Positions 10,561 through 20,805 of a stretch of DNA of 64,000 nt are shown one piece after another. The stretch is from an uncultured delta proteobacterium. GTDB lineage: Bacteria; Desulfobacterota; Syntrophia; Syntrophales; Smithellaceae. How positions within the stretch are numbered: position 1 is the stretch's first letter; the number at the start of each line of letters is the position of its first letter. The notes under the pieces are model-generated. The model was given only the letters and a program-made list of their open reading frames with translations. It was not told where the DNA came from and searched no databases. The DNA lies in NCBI GenBank assembly GCA_963726395.1, contig CAVSCG010000013.1, forward strand, positions 90,562 to 154,561, read 5' to 3'. Position numbers and translations under genes: made by a program.

Positions 10561-12198
10561 ATGTCCGGTTTTGTAAACAAAACGATGGGCGATGTGATTC
10601 AAGACACGGTCAGTCGCTTCCCCGAAAACCCCGCTCTTATCTGTCCTCAATTCAATGTCCGGTACAGTTACAGTCAGCTATATGATCAATGCCGCAAAAC
10701 AGCCAGGGGGCTTCTGGCACTGGGTATCAAGCGCGGCGATCACGTTTCCGTCTGGACAACCAATGTCCCGGAATGGGTTTATCTGCAATTTGCGCTGGGC
10801 ATGGTTGGCGGCGTTCTGGTCACCATCAATACCAATTACCAGTCGCACGAGCTGGAATACATTCTCAAGCAATCCGATTCCACCACGCTGTTTCTCATCG
10901 ATACGTATCGCGACACCAGCTTTTACGACACGGTGCGTAAAATTCTACCGGAACTCGATTCTCATCAGCCCGGAAAGATCGCTTCCGCCAAATTGCCGCT
11001 TTTGAAAAACGTCATTTATATCGGGGGAAAAGAAAATCCGCCCGGCATGTTCAAATTCTCCGATCTGATCAAAATGGGAGAGAAAATAACGGAGCAGGAA
11101 CTGGATGACCGGATGAATTCTCTGTCCGATGATGACGTGATCAATATGCAATACACCTCCGGGACAACCGGTTTTCCCAAGGGTGTCATGCTGACGCATC
11201 ATAACATCGTCAACAACGCACGAATGGTCGGCGATGTGATGGGCATGACCGAAAAAGACAGCCTGCTGATTCAGGTGCCTGTCTTTCATTGTTTCGGCTG
11301 CGTCATGAGCACACTCAATTGCGTGTATCACGCTTCTGCTATGGTGATCCTGGAATATTTCGATCCGCAAAAAGCGCTGGAAACGATGGCGCAAGAAAAA
11401 TGCACGGCGGTCAACGGCGTGCCGACGATGTTTGTCACCATTTTACATCATCCCGATTTCGACCGCTACGATTTGACGTCCCTGCGCACCGGCATTATGG
11501 CGGGCGCGCCCTGCCCCATCGAAACCATGAATCAGGTGAACACTAAGATGCACTGCTCCGAAATTGTCATTGCCTTCGGCCAGACCGAGTCCTCGCCGGT
11601 TATGACAATGACACGGCGCGACGATCCGGTTGAGCTGCGCGTCGCAACCGTCGGCTGTCTCCTGCCGGATATCGAAGGTAAAATTATTGATCCGGAAAGC
11701 GGCCAAGAGTTACCGGCAGGCACACAGGGCGAAATTATCACCCGCAGCGCCTGCGTGATGAAAGGCTATTACAAAATGCCGGAAGCCACAACCGAGGCGA
11801 TTGACAAAGACGGATGGCTGCATACGGGCGATTTGGGAAAAGTGGACGAAAACGGTTATTTTAAAGTAACCGGCCGGATTAAAGATATGATCATCCGGGG
11901 CGGCGAAAATATTTATCCCCGAGAGTTGGAAGAATTTCTCTTCACACATCCGACAGTCGTCAATGTCCAGGTCATCGGAATTGCCGATCAAAAATATGGA
12001 GAGCAGGTGCTGGCCGTCATCCAGTTGAAAAACGGCCATAAGACGACAGCAGAGGAGTTCATCGAGTTCTGCAAAGGAAAAATCGCGCGGCACAAAATTC
12101 CCAAATACTGGGAATTTGTCGACAGCTACCCGATGACGGCCAGCGGCAAGATTCAAAAGTTTAAAATGAAAGAGATGTTTGAAAAAAAATATCAATAA
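10561..12198 (+). CDS. AMP-binding acyl-CoA synthetase / fatty-acid-CoA ligase
   Basis: YTSGTTGFPKG and GWLHTGDLG...GRIKDMIIRGGENIYPRE motifs. ATG at 10561 is preceded by GAGGTG. The ORF track starts at GTG 10552. Confidence 0.9.
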   Translation: MSGFVNKTMGDVIQDTVSRFPENPALICPQFNVRYSYSQLYDQCRKTARGLLALGIKRGDHVSVWTTNVPEWVYLQFALGMVGGVLVTINTNYQSHELEYILKQSDSTTLFLIDTYRDTSFYDTVRKILPELDSHQPGKIASAKLPLLKNVIYIGGKENPPGMFKFSDLIKMGEKITEQELDDRMNSLSDDDVINMQYTSGTTGFPKGVMLTHHNIVNNARMVGDVMGMTEKDSLLIQVPVFHCFGCVMSTLNCVYHASAMVILEYFDPQKALETMAQEKCTAVNGVPTMFVTILHHPDFDRYDLTSLRTGIMAGAPCPIETMNQVNTKMHCSEIVIAFGQTESSPVMTMTRRDDPVELRVATVGCLLPDIEGKIIDPESGQELPAGTQGEIITRSACVMKGYYKMPEATTEAIDKDGWLHTGDLGKVDENGYFKVTGRIKDMIIRGGENIYPRELEEFLFTHPTVVNVQVIGIADQKYGEQVLAVIQLKNGHKTTAEEFIEFCKGKIARHKIPKYWEFVDSYPMTASGKIQKFKMKEMFEKKYQ

Positions 12199-12215
12199 GA
12201 TAAAGGTAAAAGATT

Positions 12216-13766
12216 ATGAGCAACATCTGCTATCGCGACACCATTGGCGATATGGCCCGGAGGGCCGCAACAAAATACGGCGATAAAACCGCCATCATCT
12301 TCCGAGACCTGAAACTTTCGTTCTATGAACTCGAGCGGGAGGCACGGCGCTTTGCCAACCTCATGACCAGCTACGGGGTTAAAAAGGGCGACCGGGTTGC
12401 GGTTTACGCGTACAACTCGCATTACTATCCCATCAGCATGATCGGTCTGGCCAAGATCGGCGCTATCCAGGTTCCCATCAACTACATGCTCAACGCCGAG
12501 GAGATCGCTTACATCATCAATCATTCAGGCTCGCGGATCTTCATCGTCGAAGACATCCTGTACCCGATCATTGCCAAAGACCAGGATAAATTCACCACGG
12601 TGGAGAAGTGGGGCTTCATCCCCCTGGGTGATTCTATGGTTCCTGAGGGTTTCTTCAACATGATTGCGGAAATGGAGACCATGACCTACGACGAGCCCCA
12701 GGTGGAAGTCAGTGCGGAAGATATCGTGCAGATTCCCTACACGAGCGGAACAGAGTCCAAGCCCAAGGGCGCTATGCTCTCGCACAGAGCACTCATGTCG
12801 CAGTATCACAGCTGTATTTTCGACGGCCAGTATGAGACTGACGATGTGAGCCTGCACGCCCTGCCCCTGTTCCATTGCGCCCAGCTCCATTGTTTCCTCA
12901 TGCCCTATCTGTACATCGGGGCCACCAATGTCATCATGCACAAGGCGGATCCTTTGGAGATGATCAGGCTCATCGAAAAATACCAGATCACCCACATGTT
13001 CGCCCCGCCCACAGTCTGGATCGGGATATTGAACCATCCGGAATTCAAGCAACACAACCACGCCAGCCTGAAAAAGGCGGCCTATGGCGCCAGCATCATG
13101 CCGGTGGAGATTATTAAACAGCTTTCCGTCACCTTCCGCGGTCTGAAGCTCTGGAACTATTACGGCCAGACCGAGATGGGTCCGGTGGCCACCATCCTGA
13201 AGCCTGAGGATCAGCTTCTAAAACCCGGATCGGCGGGAAAACCGGTTCTGAATGTCGAAACGCGGCTGATGGACGACGATGGGAAGTTCGTTCCGGTGGG
13301 AACCGTCGGAGAAATCGTCCATCGATCCGGCCACGTCATGACCGGTTATCTCAATGACCCGGAAAAAACCGCAGATGCTTTCGAGTTCGGCTGGTTCCAT
13401 AGCGGCGATCTTGGCCGGTTCGACGAGGACGGCTATCTCTATGTGGTGGACCGCAAGAAGGACATGATAAAAACAGGCGGGGAAAACGTCGCGTCCCGCG
13501 AAGTCGAGGAGGTTCTTTACCAGTATCCGGGCATCGAAGAGGTAGCCGTAATCGGCCTGCCTGATCCGAAGTGGATAGAGATCGTGGCGGCCGTGGTTGT
13601 GCCGAAGAAGGGTGTAACCCTCAGCGACAAGGAGATTATCGCCTACTGCAAAGAAAACCTGGCCGGATTTAAATGCCCCAAGAAGGTGGTCATTGCCGAT
13701 AAGTTACCCAAAAATCCATCAGGAAAAATTTTGAAGCGGGAGCTGAAAGAAAAATTCAGCACATAA
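12216..13766 (+). CDS. AMP-binding acyl-CoA synthetase
   Basis: 516-aa ORF with YTSGTESKPKG and GWFHSGDLG...DRKKDMIKTGGENV. Lies 17 nt after the preceding ligase gene. Confidence 0.9.
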   Translation: MSNICYRDTIGDMARRAATKYGDKTAIIFRDLKLSFYELEREARRFANLMTSYGVKKGDRVAVYAYNSHYYPISMIGLAKIGAIQVPINYMLNAEEIAYIINHSGSRIFIVEDILYPIIAKDQDKFTTVEKWGFIPLGDSMVPEGFFNMIAEMETMTYDEPQVEVSAEDIVQIPYTSGTESKPKGAMLSHRALMSQYHSCIFDGQYETDDVSLHALPLFHCAQLHCFLMPYLYIGATNVIMHKADPLEMIRLIEKYQITHMFAPPTVWIGILNHPEFKQHNHASLKKAAYGASIMPVEIIKQLSVTFRGLKLWNYYGQTEMGPVATILKPEDQLLKPGSAGKPVLNVETRLMDDDGKFVPVGTVGEIVHRSGHVMTGYLNDPEKTADAFEFGWFHSGDLGRFDEDGYLYVVDRKKDMIKTGGENVASREVEEVLYQYPGIEEVAVIGLPDPKWIEIVAAVVVPKKGVTLSDKEIIAYCKENLAGFKCPKKVVIADKLPKNPSGKILKRELKEKFST

Positions 13767-13826
13767 ATGCGCAGGGGCCTGCCGCGGCGCGCCTCTGCAA
13801 TCTCTTTCTAAAAATCAGGAGCAACC

Positions 13827-14207
13827 ATGAGTGACGAATTTACATCCATCGGTGAACTCGCTAAAAATCTGGAAATGAGCCAGCGGACCATCCGCTATTA
13901 CGAAGAAATAGGCCTGCTCAATTCCATAAAACGCATTGAGGGAGGCCGCAGAATCTATACAGACGTCGATCTGCGACGCCTGAAATTAATCAAGCGTTTG
14001 AAAATCATGGGAATGACCCTTTCGGAAATGCAGGAACTCGAAGCCATGTGGACCTATGAAAAATCCAACGAGAAAGTACTCAAGCGTCTTTTGGAACTGC
14101 TTGGCAATCATCTCAAGAGACTTGATGACCGCATCGCTGACCTCGATATCCTGCGGCACGAGATCACCGAATATCAGGAACGGATTCAGGCAAAAATAGC
14201 GAAGTAG
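13827..14207 (+). CDS. MerR family transcriptional regulator
   Basis: 126 aa with N-terminal HTH IGELAKNLEMSQRTIRYYEEIGLL and a C-terminal coiled-coil dimerisation helix. Confidence 0.9.
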   Translation: MSDEFTSIGELAKNLEMSQRTIRYYEEIGLLNSIKRIEGGRRIYTDVDLRRLKLIKRLKIMGMTLSEMQELEAMWTYEKSNEKVLKRLLELLGNHLKRLDDRIADLDILRHEITEYQERIQAKIAK

Positions 14208-14394
14208 ATCATGATTCATCGTGCCGTCAAAATGTTTTTCTCCGGGAATAATCAATAACCTCCAATGAAATTTAAATTGCCTACCCCGCCACCTTTCGGT
14301 ATAATTGCCACGATTTAAATCAGCCGGATCGATGAAACCGCGTAAAGTCGATGACATTTTCCAAGTCTAAACACAGGACAAACCTGAAAGCGAG

Positions 14395-15387
14395 ATGAGG
14401 ATGGAAAAACGAGAGGGACAGTCCTACATTCAAGGCGTGCTGGACCGGGACCGGCGGATGCTGGCCAAAACGATCACCCTCGTCGAAAGCTCATTGCCTG
14501 CCGATCAGGAATTATCCAGGCAAATTCTGGACACGCTGATGCCTTACACAGGCAAGGCTCTTCGCCTGGGCATCACGGGGCTTCCGGGCGCGGGCAAAAG
14601 CACATTTATCGAGAGTTTCGGCACCATGTTGACGCAAAAGGGTTATCAGGTGGCCGTTCTGGCGGTTGATCCCAGTAGTCCTAAAACAGGGGGCAGCATC
14701 CTAGCCGATAAAACGCGGATGGAAAAGCTGGCCGTAAACGATAAAGCTTTTATCCGCCCCTCCCCTTCCGGAAAAACACTGGGCGGCGTTGCCCGCAAGA
14801 CACGTGAGACGATGCTGGTTTGTGAAGCAGCGGGATTTGACGTGGTTATGATCGAAACCGTCGGCGTCGGCCAATCGGAAGTCACCGTGGCATCGATGGT
14901 TGATTTCTTTCTGGTGCTCATGATCGCCGGTGGCGGCGACGAATTGCAAGGCATCAAAAAAGGCGTTCTGGAGTTGGCTGACGTCGTCGCCGTCAACAAA
15001 GCCGATGGCGACAATATTGAAAGAGCCAACATGGCACGGCGGCAGTATGAAACGGCGTTTCACCTGCTTTCGCCCCCTTATCAAAACTGGTCACCACAGG
15101 TAGTCACATGCAGTTCCATCACGATGGCCGGGCTACAAAACATTTTGAACATCATCCTGGATCATCGCGAGAAGCTGACCGCAAGCGGCGAGTTGCAGTT
15201 GAAAAGACAGGAACAGGCTCGGGAATGGTTGAAATTCATGGTTCGCGAGGGCGTGCAGGAATGGTTTTACGAAAGTCCTGCTGCCCAAATACTTACCGAA
15301 TCGATGGCGGACGTTGAAAAAGGAGTCGTCACCCCCACCACAGCCGCCGCCAAAGTGCTCGATTGCCTGAAAGGACAGAGGTTTTAG
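14395..15387 (+). CDS. meaB: methylmalonyl-CoA mutase-associated GTPase (MeaB/ArgK)
   Basis: 330 aa with P-loop GLPGAGKST, DPSSP, ETVGVGQSE and NKAD motifs. Confidence 0.9.
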   Translation: MRMEKREGQSYIQGVLDRDRRMLAKTITLVESSLPADQELSRQILDTLMPYTGKALRLGITGLPGAGKSTFIESFGTMLTQKGYQVAVLAVDPSSPKTGGSILADKTRMEKLAVNDKAFIRPSPSGKTLGGVARKTRETMLVCEAAGFDVVMIETVGVGQSEVTVASMVDFFLVLMIAGGGDELQGIKKGVLELADVVAVNKADGDNIERANMARRQYETAFHLLSPPYQNWSPQVVTCSSITMAGLQNILNIILDHREKLTASGELQLKRQEQAREWLKFMVREGVQEWFYESPAAQILTESMADVEKGVVTPTTAAAKVLDCLKGQRF

Positions 15388-15402
15388 AAAAAGGAGATTA
15401 TC

Positions 15403-15804
15403 ATGAACATTTTAAAGGTGGATCACATCGGCATCGCAGTCAAGAGTCTGGCGGAAAGTTCTAAGCTTTATGAAATGCTCGGAATCAAATCAGCGGGCGT
15501 GGAAGAAGTGGCGGAACAGAAAGTAAAGGTTTGTTTCTTTCCCTTAGGGGATTCGGAAATCGAGCTTCTGGAATCCACATCGCCGGATGGACCCATCGCC
15601 AAATATATTGAGAAAAACGGCGAAGGCATGCAGCATCTGGCGCTGCGCGTGGATAATCTGGAAGCGGCGCTGGCCGAACTCAAAGCCAAAGGCGTGCGTC
15701 TGATCGATGAAAAACCGCGCTACGGAGCGGGCGGCGCGAAAATCGCCTTCGTCCATCCCAAATCCACCGGTGGGATTCTACTGGAACTGAGTGAAAGAAA
15801 ATAA
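15403..15804 (+). CDS. methylmalonyl-CoA epimerase (VOC/glyoxalase fold)
   Basis: 133 aa: DHIGIAV...IELLE...[10 protein letters not shown]...[15 protein letters not shown]. Lies immediately after meaB. Confidence 0.85.
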   Translation: MNILKVDHIGIAVKSLAESSKLYEMLGIKSAGVEEVAEQKVKVCFFPLGDSEIELLESTSPDGPIAKYIEKNGEGMQHLALRVDNLEAALAELKAKGVRLIDEKPRYGAGGAKIAFVHPKSTGGILLELSERK

Positions 15805-15835
15805 AAAAATGAAGGTACGATAGGGAGATTGGAAA

Positions 15836-16024
15836 ATGGAATATTACATCATTCTGCTTCATGACGGTTCATTAAAGATTTATAAGGATAAACAAGACAA
15901 AGCGCGCCTGCCCCAGGGGGCGCGGCTGTTTGTCTGCTCCAGCAATGTTACGGTGCAGGATTTAAACGTCTGGGCGTCCAGCGGTTTTAAAGGTTTAAAG
16001 ACCATCCGGGAAATTGAAAAATAA
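15836..16024 (+). CDS. hypothetical small protein
   Basis: 62-aa ORF with GGGAGA about 8 nt upstream. No recognisable motif. Confidence 0.35.
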   Translation: MEYYIILLHDGSLKIYKDKQDKARLPQGARLFVCSSNVTVQDLNVWASSGFKGLKTIREIEK

Positions 16025-16094
16025 GGCCGGTCAATTCCATTGTAATCGGCCCGGAACTGGTGGCGACGACTAGCGGACAACAAGGTATTATTGT

Positions 16095-16997
16095 ATGAAG
16101 CAGCAGGCGAAAGGGCAAATACACGAGCGGATCACCGCGATTCCGAATGCCTGGTATCCCACCTATGTTATTCGTGGTGAAAAGAAAAATCTGATGATTG
16201 ACGCGGGTGTGAATCTTCTGGGACCCCGCTACCTCACTTCTATCAAGGACATCTTTGGCAATATTGATCAACTCCATTATCTCTTTTTAACGCATTCGCA
16301 TTATGATCATGTCGGCTCTGCGCATTATTTGAAGCAGCACATTCCCGACCTCAGGATCGGTGCTCATGCGCGGGTTGCCGGTCTGCTGCAGAAACCATCG
16401 GTACTGGAAATGATGAACCGGCTCAGCGCCAACCACGTTGAGCTTCTGAAATACAATACCGCAGGAGAAGATCTGACCTTGCATCCGTTTGAAATCGACC
16501 TTCATCTGAAGCAGGGAGACGAATTTGACCTGGGGGGTCTGACCTGCCGCGTGTATGAGACGCCGGGCCATACCAAAGACTCGCTGGCTTTTTACTTTCC
16601 AGAGATCAAAACCTTGTTTCCCAGCGAGGCATGCGGCGTTCTTCAGGGTGCAACAGGAAGTGACATGCAGGTTGAGTTTCTTGCTTCATATCAGGATTAT
16701 ATCGATTCCCTGAAACTGATGATTTCACTCAAGCCTGAAATAGTTTGTCTGGGTCACGGTTGGGTGCTGACCCATGAGGACGCAGAGGATTTCTTCAAAC
16801 GCTCTCTGTCTGAAACATTCCGTTATCGCGAGCTTATTGAAAGCTACCTGGACGCAGCTGACGGCGACATTGAAAAAGCAATCCAAGACATGGTCCATGC
16901 TGAATACGACGTCAAGGGTGGCATATTGCAGGAGCGTGTCGCTTACATGACGAACCTGAGCGCTCAGATAAAGCATATCGCCGGACTGCGGGAATAG
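16095..16997 (+). CDS. MBL-fold metallo-hydrolase
   Basis: 300 aa with THSHYDHVGS (HxHxDH) and a later TPGHT motif. Confidence 0.85.
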   Translation: MKQQAKGQIHERITAIPNAWYPTYVIRGEKKNLMIDAGVNLLGPRYLTSIKDIFGNIDQLHYLFLTHSHYDHVGSAHYLKQHIPDLRIGAHARVAGLLQKPSVLEMMNRLSANHVELLKYNTAGEDLTLHPFEIDLHLKQGDEFDLGGLTCRVYETPGHTKDSLAFYFPEIKTLFPSEACGVLQGATGSDMQVEFLASYQDYIDSLKLMISLKPEIVCLGHGWVLTHEDAEDFFKRSLSETFRYRELIESYLDAADGDIEKAIQDMVHAEYDVKGGILQERVAYMTNLSAQIKHIAGLRE

Positions 16998-17327
16998 TAA
17001 GCTAAGATTTGCCTCCCTCGTCCTTCTTTTTCGCTCCACCTGAAACTAAATAGTTGTCTTTTCAGCTGTTTCCTTAAACAAAAAACTCGAAAACCTAAAG
17101 ATGATGCGCCTTTGGTTCATTACCAATTTAGCAGAAATTTCTCGGATGCCTGTGTCAATATTCGAATATTTCTTGACATCTCCCCTGCTCTGGCTTTAAA
17201 AAGAAAACCCTCTGGAAAGGTTTACGGATTAGACCCAATCGACCGGCCACGCGTCGGAACAAATGTTTTGATGTCCATCCGAATGGCGCCAGGGATTTAC
17301 TCATTCTACTAAAAAGGAGATTATACG

Positions 17328-18582
17328 ATGAAAGATGTAGTTATTGTATCAGCATGCAGAACAGCTATAGGGGCTTTCGGGGGCACATTGAAGAACATGA
17401 TCGCAGCCCGCATCGGGGCTGTTGTGATGAAAGAGGCCGTTAAGCGGGCCGGCATAGACCCGTCCATCATTGACGATGTCAGGTTCGGCTGCTGCCTTGA
17501 ACATCCTAATACACTCAACACCACCCGCGTGGCGGCTCTTCTGGCCGGCATTCCGGAGACAGTGACTGCTGTCACCGTGAATCGCGTGTGCATTTCCGGC
17601 ATGGAAGCCGTTCTCAGCGGCATGGCGATGATCCAAAGCCGGAATGGCCGACATCATTCTGGCCGGCGGCGTTGAGCATATGTCCGGCGCGCCCTATGCC
17701 AGTTTTGATGCACGATGGGGCTGCCGCCTTCAGGACAGCGTTTTAGTGGACTCCCTGATCCGCGCCTTGCACTGCGGCTCTTATGTGATGCCGTTATCGG
17801 ACGATGGCCCCGTCAAATCAGGCCAGCCATTCGAGAGCTTAAAAGGCAAGCCTTATATCATGGGCCATACCACGGAACTTATCGCCCAACTTTTGAACAT
17901 CAGCCGCCAGGAAATGGACGAAGTCGCTCTGCGCAGCCATAACAACACCGAGCGCGCTACCAAGAATGGTGATTTCAAGGAAGAGATTGTACCCATCGAG
18001 ATCCCCCAGAAAAAAGGCAAGCCGCCCATTATTTTTGACAAGGATGAGCATTTCCGTCCGGGATTGACGATGGCGCAGTTGCAGGAATTACCGCCGGCAT
18101 TTATTCCCAAAACAGGCAAGGTAACGGCCGGCAACTCTTCCGGACTAAACGATGGCGCTTCCGCCATGATCATCATGTCGGCGGAAAAAGCCAAGGAATT
18201 AGGATTAAAGCCGATTGCCAGAATCCGTTCCTCCGCGCGCGGTGCCTGCCATCCATCTGTCATGGGTTTAAGCCCGGTTCCAGCCGTAAAAAACCTGCTC
18301 AAAAATGACCCGAAGCTTACCTTGGATGCTTTTGAGTTGATGGAACTCAACGAAGCCTTTGCAGGACAGTATTTGGGCTGCGAGAAAGAACTCGGAATTA
18401 ACCGGGAAATCACCAATATCAACGGATCGGGTATCGGCCTTGGACATCCGGTAGGGTCCACTGGTTGCCGGATTATGGTCACGCTGATTCATGCCATGAA
18501 AAAACACGGCAAGACCCTGGGAATGGCCACGCTGTGCGGCGGTGGCGGGGTATCGATGGCTACCTCTATTGAAATGCTGTAA
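17328..18582 (+). pseudogene. acetyl-CoA C-acetyltransferase (thiolase), interrupted by one frameshift
   Basis: N-terminal fragment with active-site VNRVCISGMEAV (17328..17675). C-terminal fragment with GGVEHMS...NGSGIGLGHPVGSTGCR...CGGGG (17644..18582). Deleting one C in AGCCGGA at about 17638-17641 restores ...AMIQSGMADIILAGGVEHMS. Confidence 0.9.
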
Positions 18583-18750
18583 TCGAAGGAAACTATCGTC
18601 TAGTTCTTTTTGCTTTCAATCCCCGCCCATCTGGGGCGGGGATTGAGGTAAATCACCAACACATTCTTTATCGTTTTTTGCTCCGGTACATGCCAGCCTC
18701 GACTTCCAGCGCTTCGCTTTATGCCGATGGCCAACCTCACGCGTTACTTG

Positions 18751-19111
18751 TCACACTGCAATAACTCGTCGGGATATCTTTTTTAGTCTGCTGATCTGAT
18801 GCCGCAATAGAACAGATTTTCCCTTTTCCCTGGATTCCAGCGCCTGCCCCCGGAGACCTTTCAGTTCTCGGATTTTCGCTTTAAGTTCCAACTTGGACAT
18901 TTTGATTTTAACCGCATGTTTCTTCTTCTTGACGGGCGCTTCGTCCTTGATGCCTTTCGCCTGCCTTGATGAAGGCAATGAGTTCCTCCTTCTTCATGTC
19001 GTGGATCGCCCGTTCATGGGGAAACTCGGCGGCAATATCCCGCAATTCCTTGATAGTCAATTTGTCCAGATGTTTTTCGTCATGAATTTTTTTGTGGGTT
19101 TCTTCCGACAT
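18751..19111 (-). pseudogene. small basic protein with Rho_N/SAP-like N-terminal motif, apparently split by a frameshift
   Basis: MSEETHKKIHDEKHLDKLTIKELRDIAAEF...ELIAFIKA continues in another frame as RQAKGIKDEAPVKKKKHAV...KISRRVIAV. AGGAGG lies upstream of the Met at 19111. That the two halves form one gene is inferred. Confidence 0.4.
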
Positions 19112-19190
19112 CGCGCATAGACCTCCTTTTTTTATATTTGGGGAACCAACTTGCAATGCATCATTTCGATGAATGGTCTTTTTATACCAC

Positions 19191-19574
19191 TCACTTCACA
19201 TACTGGATGACCTGGATCAGCACACCGTCCGGATCCTTGATGAAGGTAGTGAGCCGGTCAGGCCGTGGATTAAACGGGTCCATCAGCACGTCGGCACTCT
19301 TCCCGCGGGCTTCCTTCACAAATTTGTGTATATCGTCCACCACCACGCTGAAGTGGTTCAGTCCGGTCATCGTGGAAGGATCAGCCTGGGTATCACCGGG
19401 ATTGGCCTGCTCAATCTCGATCTGGATGGTGTCGTTGCCCACGAAGGTGAATTTCTTTCCCCAGACCTCCACCGTATCGACTATAGCAAGCCCCAGTACG
19501 TCCCGGTAAAACCTGATGGATGCTTCGCTGTCTTTCGCTTTTATCCCGATGTGGTACCATTTCATGTCAGCCAC
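19191..19574 (-). CDS. VOC (glyoxalase/bleomycin-resistance/dioxygenase) family protein
   Basis: 127 aa: HIGIKAKD...FYRDVLGL...NHFSVVVDD...FIKDPDGVLIQV. Overlaps the aminotransferase stop by 8 nt. Confidence 0.8.
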   Translation of the reverse strand: MADMKWYHIGIKAKDSEASIRFYRDVLGLAIVDTVEVWGKKFTFVGNDTIQIEIEQANPGDTQADPSTMTGLNHFSVVVDDIHKFVKEARGKSADVLMDPFNPRPDRLTTFIKDPDGVLIQVIQYVK

Positions 19575-20805
19575 CGAATTTCTCTTTCGTAAGCTTAAAG
19601 CAAACCGAGGCCACGTCGATTGTTTGGAGAATGTCGGATTCTTTCATGGCCGCGCACACAAACCAATTGTGATGGGGGTGAAAAAAGATACCGCGCCGCG
19701 CCGCCTGTCCGCAGAAAAACCGGTTCGTTTCAAAAAGAGGATCATTGGCGAAGGTCATGTAAGGCATTGCCGGCGGTCCGGTGACGCTGACGGACACGCC
19801 GTAAGCGTTGGCAGCTTGCCTGAGGCCGTCCATCAGCATGGTTCCCGTCTTTCTGATATACTCGATTGCGCCGCTGGCCTGAATTTCATCAATGCACGCC
19901 AGGGCGGCCGCAAAGGGAACACCGGAGAAGAAATGCGTGCCGGTAAAAAATATTGTTTTTGCCGCCTCCATCAGCTCACGCCGGGCAGCGGCCACCGAGA
20001 TGGCATAACCGTTTGCCATGGCCTTGCCGAAGCACTGGATATCGGCATTGAAGCCGTAATGTTTTGAGCTCCCCGCAAGCTCAAGCCGGAATCCGCAGCG
20101 GACATCATCGACGATGATCATGAACCCGTCCTTTTTGGCAAGTGTGTTCACCGCATCGACGAATTCTTTTGTCGGAAGCTCCTGGTCTTTCATGGCGTCG
20201 TGCCGGTGCGGCGTGAGCATTATACCGGCAACGGTCCCGCTGTGTTCCGACAAAACCCGTTTGAGGTCGTTCACATTATTGTATTCAAAATAATGAACAT
20301 GGGTTTTCCATTCCTCCGGCACTCCCTGCCCGTGGGGCTGGCACCAGAAATGAGAGCCATGATAAGAACCCTTCGCCAGCAGGATGTCCATTTTCCCGGT
20401 GAATATCCGGGCCAGCGTGATCGCGTAAGAGGTCACATCGGAGCCGTTTTTGCCGAAGACACACCAGTCGGCGCCGTTGATGGTCCCCACAATTTTTTTT
20501 GCCAGAGGCAGCCACTGGTCGGAAGGCAGCGTGAAGCAGTCCGCTTTTTCCCACTGTACTTTTGCCGCTGCGTCCACCTTCGGGTGTTTGAGTCCCGAGC
20601 AGATTGGTTCCAAAAGAGCACATGTAGTCGATGTATTCGTTTCCATCCACATCCCAGATTCTGCATCCCTCGCCGCGTGAATGAAGGCAGGATAAGAGCC
20701 GAAGGTGAGGAAGGCCGGAGTGCGGGGCCCGTAGATGCCGTTGGGCACGTATTGCTGGGCTTCCTCAAACAGCTGGTAGGATTTTGGAAATTCATAGAGT
20801 TTCAT
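19567..20805 (-). CDS. class-III (PLP-dependent) aminotransferase / glutamate-1-semialdehyde aminomutase-like, with a locally out-of-frame segment
   Basis: 412-aa ORF with a class-III fold pattern (GTINGADWCVFGKNGSDV..., DDVRCGFR, GKAMANGY). About 26 codons (roughly 20594-20672) read correctly only in another frame (EGCRIWDVDGNEYIDYMCSFGTNLLG). Confidence 0.8.
   Translation of the reverse strand: MKLYEFPKSYQLFEEAQQYVPNGIYGPRTPAFLTFGSYPAFIHAARDAESGMWMETNTSTTCALLEPICSGLKHPKVDAAAKVQWEKADCFTLPSDQWLPLAKKIVGTINGADWCVFGKNGSDVTSYAITLARIFTGKMDILLAKGSYHGSHFWCQPHGQGVPEEWKTHVHYFEYNNVNDLKRVLSEHSGTVAGIMLTPHRHDAMKDQELPTKEFVDAVNTLAKKDGFMIIVDDVRCGFRLELAGSSKHYGFNADIQCFGKAMANGYAISVAAARRELMEAAKTIFFTGTHFFSGVPFAAALACIDEIQASGAIEYIRKTGTMLMDGLRQAANAYGVSVSVTGPPAMPYMTFANDPLFETNRFFCGQAARRGIFFHPHHNWFVCAAMKESDILQTIDVASVCFKLTKEKFGG

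Noticed and set aside
18617-18645. GC-rich hairpin CAATCCCCGCC-catctg-GGCGGGGATTG after the thiolase gene, considered as a terminator
   Set aside because: The stem is convincing, but no U-tract follows it on either strand. It may still act as a transcript-stabilising or bidirectional stop element between convergent genes, so it is not called as an intrinsic terminator.
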